A stretch of 64,000 nucleotides of DNA from Elusimicrobiota bacterium (GTDB lineage Bacteria > Elusimicrobiota > Elusimicrobia > UBA1565 > UBA9628), in contig JAPLKL010000069.1 of assembly GCA_026388095.1 (NCBI GenBank), positions 8,117-72,116 on the forward strand. Reading direction: 5' to 3'. The stretch's first letter is position 1; each line of letters begins with the position of its first letter. Below the pieces are notes generated by a model, which worked only from the letters and a program-made list of their open reading frames with translations, ran no database searches and had not been told where the DNA came from. Position numbers and translations under genes: made by a program. Below are positions 43,533 through 50,862 of the stretch, piece after piece.

Positions 43533-44119
43533 GGGTGCGCCGAAAATTTGCAGGTAGCCGCCAGACCGGGCGCCCGGGATTGCGCGCCCGGCAATCTCCC
43601 GTGAGGGTCCCTCCCTTGGTCCGTTGCTTTTCTGCAACGTCCCTCCCCAACGCGGCGATATAGGGCAGCTATCCCGAACCGTGTTGCTTGGGAGCAACGG
43701 ACCAAGGGAGGCAAGGCTCGGCGGGTGGGAACTTTTTCGGGGTCATCTCGTAAGATAGTTATGGATTCCCAAAGGACGGTGCGTCGCATGGCGACATTGC
43801 TCAAAGAGCTGCGGCTGGACCGCGGAATCTCCCAGCGGCAGCTTGCCGATCATGCCGGCGTCAACGCTTCGGTCGTCCATCGGGCCGAGCGGGGCGAAGA
43901 CGCCAAGCTCTCGACCTGGGGCAAGCTCTTTGAGGGGCTGGGCTATCGCCTCCGGATCGACGCAACGGAGCTTGCCGAGGAAGTCGGCGAGCTTCTTGCC
44001 GAGGAGCGCGACCGCAGGCGGGAAAGGCGCTCGCAAGGTCTTTGCGCGGGCAAGCGTCGTTTCTATTGACCGCATGACGAGGGTGTAAGGCCGGCTGCCT
44101 ACAAATTTTCGGCGCACCC
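43533..44119. mobile_element. MITE-like non-autonomous element. It has ~30-bp imperfect terminal inverted repeats, is flanked by the 8-bp direct repeat CCGTTGTG, and carries an XRE HTH gene but no transposase.
   Basis: The left end at 43533 reads GGGTGCGCCGAAAATTTGCAGGTAGCCGCC. The right end at ~44089-44119 is its reverse complement with 27 of 30 positions matching. CCGTTGTG sits directly outside both ends, at 43525-43532 and 44120-44127. Confidence 0.55.
43761..44069 (+). CDS. XRE-family helix-turn-helix transcriptional regulator (Cro/C1-type)
   Basis: LDRGISQRQLADHAGVNASVVHRAERGE is a classic HTH_XRE motif. A GTG further upstream and an ATG downstream (MATLL) are alternative starts. Confidence 0.55.
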   Translation: MDSQRTVRRMATLLKELRLDRGISQRQLADHAGVNASVVHRAERGEDAKLSTWGKLFEGLGYRLRIDATELAEEVGELLAEERDRRRERRSQGLCAGKRRFY

Positions 44120-44157
44120 CCGTTGTGCCCCGTCTCGGATTTTTGTAATATTTACGA

Positions 44158-44592
44158 ATGCCTCAGAAATCCTACATGCAAAGTCCCATAACCGCGCCCA
44201 ACGAGAGGCGCCGGCACCTCATCGACGCCAAGGGCCAGGTCCTGGGCCGCATGGCGACGCGCGCGGCCACCTTGCTGCGCGGCAAACACAAGCCGACCTA
44301 CACCGCCTTCGTGGACTGCGGCGACTACGTCGTCATCACCAACGCCGCGCTCATACGCCTGACCGGCAACAAGCTGGATCAGAAGTTCTACTTCAGCCAC
44401 TCCGGCTACGCGGGCGGCGCCAAGACCACGCCCCTGCGCCGGCAGATGGAGAGAGACCCCCGCAAGGTGATCTACCTGGCCGTCAAGCGCATGATCCACG
44501 CCAACCGCCTGCGCAGCCGCCAGTTGGCGCGCCTGAAGATCTTCCCCGGGGAGCAGCCCAAGGGCGCGCAACGCCCCGTGAAGGCAAGCTGA
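44158..44592 (+). CDS. rplM: 50S ribosomal protein L13
   Basis: GRMATRAATLLRGKHKPTYT..VDCGDYVVITNA aligns with the L13 consensus. An alternative start lies 6 codons downstream (MQSP). Confidence 0.85.
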   Translation: MPQKSYMQSPITAPNERRRHLIDAKGQVLGRMATRAATLLRGKHKPTYTAFVDCGDYVVITNAALIRLTGNKLDQKFYFSHSGYAGGAKTTPLRRQMERDPRKVIYLAVKRMIHANRLRSRQLARLKIFPGEQPKGAQRPVKAS

Positions 44593-44608
44593 ACACCAAG
44601 GTAAACCA

Positions 44609-45013
44609 ATGACCAAACAGAATCAGATCTGGGCGACCGGCCGCCGCAAGACCTCGGTGGCGCAGGTGCGCCTCATCCCCGAGGGCGCCGGCAAGGTGAC
44701 CGTCAACACCAAGCCCGTGGAAGACTACTTCCGCGGCCAGGAGCACCGGCTGCGCGACATCATGGCCCCCATCGGCGTGGCCATCGAAGGCGCCAAGAAG
44801 TTCGACTACATCCTCAAGATCGTGGGCGGCGGGCTTACCGGGCAGGCCGAAGCGGCCCGCCACGCCATCGCCCGCGCCTTGGTCAAGCTCGACGAGAAGA
44901 ACAAGAAGGCGATGCGCGCCAACGGCTTCCTCACCCGCGACCCGCGCATGGTCGAGCGCAAGAAATCCGGCCAACCCAAGGCCCGCAAGCGGTTCCAGTA
45001 CTCCAAGCGCTAA
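44609..45013 (+). CDS. rpsI: 30S ribosomal protein S9
   Basis: ...GGGLTGQAEAARHAIARAL...KKSGQPKARKRFQYSKR is the canonical S9 C-terminus. Confidence 0.9.
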   Translation: MTKQNQIWATGRRKTSVAQVRLIPEGAGKVTVNTKPVEDYFRGQEHRLRDIMAPIGVAIEGAKKFDYILKIVGGGLTGQAEAARHAIARALVKLDEKNKKAMRANGFLTRDPRMVERKKSGQPKARKRFQYSKR

Positions 45014-45027
45014 GCGCCGAAGCATCC

Positions 45028-45375
45028 ATGGCGACTACGACCGGGGGGCGGACGACGCCCCCCGGTCCTGTTTTGGAGAAGGTCAAGATACGGGGCCTGG
45101 CCCGCCTGGCGGCCTGGATATTCGGGGTCTGGGGAGCCGTGGTGACGCTCAAAGCCCTCTACGACCTCTTCGCGGGCGAACCCGAAGCCAACCTCTTCGC
45201 CCCGCGCAAGTGGGCCTTCGTGACCCAGGAGCAGTGGCTGCGCTACGGGGGCTTCGAGCTCGCCTACGGCCTGGCCCTGCTGGGCCTGGCCTTCTACGCC
45301 GTGAAGTTCTCCCGGTTCCTGCCGGAGGTCGTCACGCGAGACCGGCAGGAACCGGAGTTCAAGCTCTTCGAGTAG
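45028..45375 (+). CDS. Hypothetical small membrane protein (2 TM helices)
   Basis: 115 aa. Two hydrophobic helices (LARLAAWIFGVWGAVVTL and FELAYGLALLGLAFYAV). No recognised family. Confidence 0.45.
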   Translation: MATTTGGRTTPPGPVLEKVKIRGLARLAAWIFGVWGAVVTLKALYDLFAGEPEANLFAPRKWAFVTQEQWLRYGGFELAYGLALLGLAFYAVKFSRFLPEVVTRDRQEPEFKLFE

Positions 45376-45379
45376 CGGC

Positions 45380-45820
45380 CTACTTGGGCTTGGCGGCCTT
45401 CTCTTTCTTGGGAGCCGGCGCCTGCTCGTTTCCGGCCGCAGGCTGCCCGGAAGGCATCATGCCCATGCCGGGGCTCATCGGCTGTCCGGGCTGAAACTGT
45501 GCGGGAGCCATCATCGTGGGCCCGGAGCCGCTGTTGCGCATCGCGTCCCTCACGTGCCCTGCGACCGCGCAGAGCAGGCCCAACAGCCCCACGATCACGA
45601 GCACGCTGCCCGTCACGTCGCCGACGCGCTTGATGCAGGTGCTGGTCTCCTTGACGGCCTGCGTGAGCACCCAATAGCCCAGGACCGCGACCAGGGCATA
45701 GAGCGCCCCGACCAACAGTATGTCGTGCTGGGGAGTGTAGCCACAGGCCGGGCCGGGCATGGGCATGTTCTGAGCCGCGGCCGGCAAAGACACGAACAAC
45801 GCGATCATTAAAGCTCTCAT
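45380..45820 (-). CDS. Hypothetical secreted/membrane protein with Met/Pro/Gly-rich C-terminus
   Basis: Start MRALMIALFVSLPAAAQ is a signal peptide and is preceded by a GAGGAGG RBS. The chosen start lies inside the longer track ORF. A TM helix, a Cys pair and a low-complexity C-terminus follow. Confidence 0.5.
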   Translation of the reverse strand: MRALMIALFVSLPAAAQNMPMPGPACGYTPQHDILLVGALYALVAVLGYWVLTQAVKETSTCIKRVGDVTGSVLVIVGLLGLLCAVAGHVRDAMRNSGSGPTMMAPAQFQPGQPMSPGMGMMPSGQPAAGNEQAPAPKKEKAAKPK

Positions 45821-45880
45821 CGGTTGGCCTCCTCTACGCCTATAGTCTACGATGTCGGGAGCCTCCGAGCAAGCCGCCAC

Positions 45881-45921
45881 CCCCAAAAAGGAACCGCCCA
45901 GACACTCGCGTGTCTGGGCGG
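45881..45921 (-). terminator. Rho-independent terminator downstream of the csp gene (minus strand)
   Basis: CCGCCCAGACAC-tcgc-GTGTCTGGGCGG is a perfect 12-bp stem. On the minus strand it is followed by TTCCTTTTTGGGGG. Confidence 0.7.
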
Positions 45922-45940
45922 TCTTTAGGTCGTCGGAAGC

Positions 45941-46144
45941 TTAGAGCTTCTTGACGTTCGCGGCGCGCGGTCCCTTGTCGGACTGCTGCACGTCGAACTC
46001 GACGGCCTGATTCTCGGCCAAAGTCTTGAACCCTTCACCGGTGATGGCCGTGTGATGGACGAACAGATCTTTGGAGCCGTCATCCGGCGTGATGAAGCCG
46101 AAGCCCTTCTGGTCATTGAACCACTTCACTTTCCCTGTAGCCAT
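45941..46144 (-). CDS. csp: Cold-shock protein (CspA family; cold-shock OB-fold domain)
   Basis: [34 protein letters not shown]... contains the RNP1 (KGFGFI) and RNP2 (VFVHF-like) motifs. An AT-rich 5' region and a GAGGAA RBS lie upstream. Confidence 0.9.
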   Translation of the reverse strand: MATGKVKWFNDQKGFGFITPDDGSKDLFVHHTAITGEGFKTLAENQAVEFDVQQSDKGPRAANVKKL

Positions 46145-46232
46145 TATGTTGGTATTCCTCTTTAATTACTACTTTGCTCACATACGACTGTGGCGAGGGC
46201 AACGTCTACCCTTGTCTATATTATAGCAAGAA

Positions 46233-47537
46233 TCACCGTGGAAATATAGGCTCCTTGGCCCGCGGCGCCGCCAGCCGGTCCGCCAGCCGCTCCACGAAGC
46301 CCAGCATCCCATTGAACCCCAAGAACGGCCGCTCGAAGAGCGCGTGGCTCCGGTAGCTCGGGAAGCCGAACTCCAGGATCGGGAAGCGCAGGCCGTGGAA
46401 GTCCTGCTCGCACCAACAGGTCACGAAGAGGTCCAGCGGCTCCTGCGTAAGCTTGCGCACCGCGGGGGAGGAGGAGCGCGGCTCGCAGAGCACCGGGACC
46501 GGGCCGGCCTGGTCCGGCAGATGCTGGGCGCGGCCCCTGACGATGGCTCCCGCCACGGTCATGCCCAGGTCCTCGGCGATGTCCCGGAACCCCTCGAACA
46601 GGTAGGGATCGCCCATGAAGGCGGTCCGGCGGTTCAGGAAGTACTGCGGGATGATCCATTGCAGCCGCGGGATGACCCGGGCCAGCTCCGCCGCGATGAA
46701 GGCCTCGGCCTCCTTGAGCCGGCCCGCGGCCTTGCCCACATCGCGCAGGAAGCGCTCGGTCTTGGGCAGGCCGAAAGGCAGCTCCGTCTCCACCAGAGCC
46801 GCGCCCGTGGCCCGGGCCAGGCTGCGCGCCGCGGCCCGGCCGTAGGGCAAAGAGACGATGAGGTCCGCCTCGGCCACGCGCCGCAAAGCCGCGGCCGGCT
46901 CGCCGCCCAGCCAGACCGAGACCGTCTCCAGGCCCAATGCCGCCAGCATCCGGCGCAGTTCGGCGAGGTTGCCGAAGTGGTCGGCCTCGTTGCGGTCCAT
47001 GAAATAGCCCACGAGCGCGGCTTTCTTGAGCGGCCCTTTCTGGGCCTTGACCCGGCGCTTGCCCCCCAGGTCCAGACCGCGGGCCAGGGCGTTGAGCACC
47101 TGGCCGTAGCCGTCGAGCCAATCGCCGATGAGCGAATCCGGCGCGATGTCGATGGCGGGCTTGGAGAGCTTGCCCGCCAAGGACCGGATGACCCGGCCGT
47201 AGTCCACGCCCGTGATGGAGCACATGGGCAAGGCCGTGACCAGCACCAAGCCCGACTCCTTGAGGCCGTCCACGGTCAGGATGTGGCGCCGGATGATCTC
47301 GTCATGCTCCTTGACCACGCCGCGCGAGCAGACGTTGGTGAAGGCCACGCGGTGGCGGCCGCTGATGCGCAGGAGCGTCGAGCCCAGGTCGTGTCGGCCG
47401 TGGATGAAGTGGGACTTGTAGAGCACGCAGTCCGGGCCGTCCACCAGGATGTAGGCGTCCGGGATCGCGTTGACAGCGAGATAGACCCCCATGAGGGTCG
47501 GGAAGTTCATCGGCTTGCCGTGGCCTTCGGACATCAT
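46233..47537 (-). CDS. Nitrogenase component 1-type (NifD/K/E/N, BchN/B-like) oxidoreductase-family protein
   Basis: 434 aa. Start MMSEGHG overlaps the fusion gene stop as ATGA. Three-domain Rossmann-like architecture with the Oxidored_nitro-like segment ...ILVDGPDCVLYKSHFIHGRHD. This is a family-level call. Confidence 0.6.
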   Translation of the reverse strand: MMSEGHGKPMNFPTLMGVYLAVNAIPDAYILVDGPDCVLYKSHFIHGRHDLGSTLLRISGRHRVAFTNVCSRGVVKEHDEIIRRHILTVDGLKESGLVLVTALPMCSITGVDYGRVIRSLAGKLSKPAIDIAPDSLIGDWLDGYGQVLNALARGLDLGGKRRVKAQKGPLKKAALVGYFMDRNEADHFGNLAELRRMLAALGLETVSVWLGGEPAAALRRVAEADLIVSLPYGRAAARSLARATGAALVETELPFGLPKTERFLRDVGKAAGRLKEAEAFIAAELARVIPRLQWIIPQYFLNRRTAFMGDPYLFEGFRDIAEDLGMTVAGAIVRGRAQHLPDQAGPVPVLCEPRSSSPAVRKLTQEPLDLFVTCWCEQDFHGLRFPILEFGFPSYRSHALFERPFLGFNGMLGFVERLADRLAAPRAKEPIFPR

Positions 47538-49936
47538 TGCCCCCCCATGAAGCGCGCATAGCGCCGCGGCAGCGGCCAGCGGCAGATGCCGTCGAGCTTC
47601 CGCACGCTGCGCACGGCCCCGGCCAGGCCCATCTCGAAGCAGTCCAAGGAGAACTGCGCCTTGCCGGCCTTGGCCAGGCGGGAATCGTAGGTGTACTCGG
47701 AGTAGACCGCCTCGAAGCGGCCCTCGCGCAGCAGGCGGGCAAGCTCCTCGGGCGTCTGGAAGAAGCTCAGCCCCGGGGCCTTCTTCTTGGCCTCCCCGAA
47801 GCAGAGAATCTCCACGCCGAAGCCCATCTCCCGCAGCAGGCGCAAGAGCGGCACGCCCCAGGTCTGCGCCGGGTCGGTCAGGCGCCGCATGTGGAAGCCG
47901 TCGACTACGAAAGCGACGCTGCGGCCGCGCGCCCGGCGGCGCGCCGCGTCCCAGCCCGCGGACAGCTCCTTGGCCGCCCTGGCCAGCGCCGGCTTGGCCC
48001 CGCGCTTGAGGCCCAGTTCCCCAGCCACCGCCCGCACCCAGGCCTGGGTCCCCTCCCAGCCGTAAGGCGCCTCGGGCCGCAGGGTCTTGATGGGCAGGTG
48101 CTCGAAGAACTCCTGGTAGGTCTTGGCATAGGCGCCGTTGGGGTAGAGGACCTGGACCTCGGCAGAGAGATAGGACTGCACCGCAGCCAGGCTCAATGAC
48201 GGCATGACCCGGACGTTGATCTCGACGCCCGCATCCCTCAGCAAGGCGGACAGCTCCTGCAGGGCTTGGCCTTCGGGGAAGCCCACCAGGTTGACGCAGC
48301 GGCTGCGGCGCTGCACCTTGGCGAAGGACGGGTCTTCCTGGAGCCGGCGGAACAGGGCCAGGCACACGTCGAAGTCCTTGCAGCTGGTATGGTTGAGGTA
48401 GACGATGGGGATCTTGGTGCGCTTCTGCCAGCGCGCCACCACGGCCTCCGCGTCGTCGCCGATCACGGTCGGGATGCAGGTCGAGTGCACCACCACCGCC
48501 TCGGCGCGGCCCTCCGCGTGCGCCACGGCCGCGGCCAGGGCCTCGTCGAGCTTGCGTCCGCCGCCATGGATGACGTCGAGGTCGCGGAGGTTGGTCATCA
48601 CGTTCCAGCGGCCCTCGCCCTCGTCGCCCCGAGGCGCCAGGGCGCCTCGGTCCCGCAGGCGCTTGCCTTTCTCCTCTCGCCTGCGGGGCCCGGGGTCTTC
48701 CCGAGGGCCTTCATCATGCCGCTCCACGAAAGGCGGCCAGGGGAACTTGAAGAAGGCCGGCAGGCTGGCATCATTGTAGCTGGGCGTGGCGTAGGAGCAT
48801 TCCAGGTCCTGGTGCCAGACGTTGACCACGGGAGTCGAGCCCTCCAGGCACATGCGCACGTTGCGGCGGGGCTCGAAGTCGCAGAAGAAGTTGCGCCACT
48901 GGTCCGCCGCCCCCCAGACCTGGGAGTTGGGGCCCGGGTCATTGTCCCAGAGCGAGCCGTGCCAGGCCGCGAGGTCCTGCTCCGAAGGCCCCCTGGGGCC
49001 GGGGTCAGGACCGGGGCCAGGATCGGGGCCGGGCCCGGGATCAGGGCCAGGGCCAGGGCCAGGCTGAGCCGGAGCCGCCGATGAGACGACGGCCGGCGCA
49101 GGCTCGACGCCGGATGAGACGAATCCATCGCGGGAGAGCTCATGGAAGCGCTCGTCCTGGAAAGGGGTCGGGACCTTGGCCTTGGCCCGGTCGAAGTCCC
49201 AGAGCCGCTGCGCCAGAGCCAGGACCTTCTTGGAGAACTCGCAGCGCGGCGCGTGCTCCGCCGCGGTCACGCGCCGCCGCTCCGCCTCCCGCACCGCGGC
49301 CTCGCGCGGCAGGAAGGCCAGGACCTTGGTCCCTAGGCCCGCGGCGAAGCGTTCCACCACAGCGCGGTCCGCTCCCGGGTCGCGCAGGTTGCCGACCAGG
49401 CCGCAGAGCGTGATGCCGTTGGCGCTGTAGTTGCGCACCGCCCGGGCGATGTTGTTGACCGCGTAGAGGGACATCAGCTCCTCGGAGGTCACGATGACCA
49501 CCTTGTCCGCGAAGCCCTGGCGCAGGGGCGCGGCGAAGCCGCCGCAGACCACGTCCCCGAGCACGTCGAAGAGCGCCACGTCGTGGCGCCCCTCGCTGAG
49601 GATGCCGGCGCCGTTGAGGAGCTCGATCATCCGGGAGATGCCCCGACCCGCGCAGCCGATGCCCGGCTCCGGCCCCCCGGCCTCCACGCAGTCCACGCCC
49701 AGCCGGCCGCGCACCAGCAGGCCGGAGAGGTCCCGGGCGTTGGCGTCCATGAAGGCCGACTGCTCCACCACGGTCTTGATGGGGCGGCCCTCGGTCAGGG
49801 CCACGGTGGTGTCGTGCTTGGGGTCGCAGCCCACCAGCAGAACCTTCTTGCCCTGCCGGGCGTAGACGGCGGCAAGGTTGGCGGCCAGCGTGGACTTGCC
49901 GATGCCGCCTTTCCCGAAGATCGCTATGCGCTGCAT
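47534..49936 (-). CDS. Fusion protein: NifH-like Fe-protein ATPase + (PGPGPD)n linker + nitrogenase component 1-like domain
   Basis: The N-terminal NifH/BchL/CfbC-like domain has MQRIAIFGKGGIGKST (P-loop), CDPKHD, EPGIGCAGRGI and LGDVVCGGFA (both 4Fe-4S Cys ligands). The C-terminal domain contains ...HSTCIPTVIGDD..., the STCxxExIGDD signature of NifD/K/E/N and BchN/B. The ATG abuts the upstream radical-SAM stop. Confidence 0.75.
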   Translation of the reverse strand: MQRIAIFGKGGIGKSTLAANLAAVYARQGKKVLLVGCDPKHDTTVALTEGRPIKTVVEQSAFMDANARDLSGLLVRGRLGVDCVEAGGPEPGIGCAGRGISRMIELLNGAGILSEGRHDVALFDVLGDVVCGGFAAPLRQGFADKVVIVTSEELMSLYAVNNIARAVRNYSANGITLCGLVGNLRDPGADRAVVERFAAGLGTKVLAFLPREAAVREAERRRVTAAEHAPRCEFSKKVLALAQRLWDFDRAKAKVPTPFQDERFHELSRDGFVSSGVEPAPAVVSSAAPAQPGPGPGPDPGPGPDPGPGPDPGPRGPSEQDLAAWHGSLWDNDPGPNSQVWGAADQWRNFFCDFEPRRNVRMCLEGSTPVVNVWHQDLECSYATPSYNDASLPAFFKFPWPPFVERHDEGPREDPGPRRREEKGKRLRDRGALAPRGDEGEGRWNVMTNLRDLDVIHGGGRKLDEALAAAVAHAEGRAEAVVVHSTCIPTVIGDDAEAVVARWQKRTKIPIVYLNHTSCKDFDVCLALFRRLQEDPSFAKVQRRSRCVNLVGFPEGQALQELSALLRDAGVEINVRVMPSLSLAAVQSYLSAEVQVLYPNGAYAKTYQEFFEHLPIKTLRPEAPYGWEGTQAWVRAVAGELGLKRGAKPALARAAKELSAGWDAARRRARGRSVAFVVDGFHMRRLTDPAQTWGVPLLRLLREMGFGVEILCFGEAKKKAPGLSFFQTPEELARLLREGRFEAVYSEYTYDSRLAKAGKAQFSLDCFEMGLAGAVRSVRKLDGICRWPLPRRYARFMGGQ
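48990..49066. repeat. GC-rich imperfect tandem repeat (~18-nt units) encoding the (PGPGPD)4 linker of the fusion protein
   Basis: ggggccggggtcaggaccggggccaggatcggggccgggcccgggatcagggccagggccagggcc on the plus strand, inside the fusion CDS. Confidence 0.7.
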
Positions 49937-50862
49937 CAGATGTTCCCCTTGAGATTGGTCTTCTTCTTGAGTACAGGGTGGAACTCGTCCCAGCCGAACA
50001 GGTCGGGATACTCCCGCCAGGGCCCCTCGCAGGCCTGGAAGTGCGCGCACTCCGGGCAGCGGGGCCCCTTGGTCTTACCCTCGGTCCGGCGGGTCTTGGT
50101 GTAGTCCTCGATGATGGTGTCGGCGTCGAATATCTTGGTGGCCGGGATGATGCGCTCGGCCACATGGTCCTCGTAGCCCGACATGAAGCAGTAGGGGATG
50201 GCCTCGGTCATGACGCGCCGCCCGGCGGCGATGCCCACGTCGAGCCCCTTCTTGACCCAGGGCTCGATGAGCGTCTTGCGGGCGGTGAGCCATTCCTTGT
50301 TCTGGCCCGCGCGGCCGGTCATGTGCATGAAGGCGAATTGGAACTGCTCCACGCCGAGGGAGACGAGCAGACGGGCCACCTCCGGCAGATCGCGGTAGTT
50401 GACCTTGGTGACCACCGTGTTGGTGATCAAGCGCGCCCCGGCCTTCTTGACGTTGCGCATCCCGGCCGCGGTCTGCAGGAAGCTGCCCGGGACGCCGGTC
50501 AGGAAGTCGTGGAGCTCGGGCCGCGAGCCGTGCAGGGCCGGCCCGAACTCGCTGACCCCGGCCGCGACGAGTTTCTTGACCAGCCCGGCGTAGCAGAGGG
50601 TGCGGCCGTTGGTCTGGATCTGGACGTCCTCGTAGCCCAGGCCGCGGGCGTGGCGCACCGCCTCGATGAGGCCCTTGTGCAGGGAGGGCTCGCCTCCGGT
50701 GAAGACCACTCCCGTGGCCCCGGAGCGGCGGCCCTCGGCCAGGGCCCGGCGCAGCTCGGCCCCGGACTTGGCCGGCAGCTTCTCGCGCTTGTCCCCCTGC
50801 ACGCAGAACCGGCAGAGGTTGTTGCAGGCGAAGCCCACCTTCAAGTCGATGCGCTCGGTCAA
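49936..50862 (-). CDS. Radical SAM protein with C-terminal Cys-rich (SPASM/twitch-like) region, paralogue 3
   Basis: CNNLCRFC (CxxxCxxC), GGEPSLH and a C-terminal CPECAHFQACEGPW are present. The proposed TTG start at 50862 overlaps the upstream stop as TTGA and has a GAGGG RBS. The alternative ATG at 50982 would overlap the upstream gene by 124 nt. Confidence 0.55.
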   Translation of the reverse strand: MTERIDLKVGFACNNLCRFCVQGDKREKLPAKSGAELRRALAEGRRSGATGVVFTGGEPSLHKGLIEAVRHARGLGYEDVQIQTNGRTLCYAGLVKKLVAAGVSEFGPALHGSRPELHDFLTGVPGSFLQTAAGMRNVKKAGARLITNTVVTKVNYRDLPEVARLLVSLGVEQFQFAFMHMTGRAGQNKEWLTARKTLIEPWVKKGLDVGIAAGRRVMTEAIPYCFMSGYEDHVAERIIPATKIFDADTIIEDYTKTRRTEGKTKGPRCPECAHFQACEGPWREYPDLFGWDEFHPVLKKKTNLKGNI

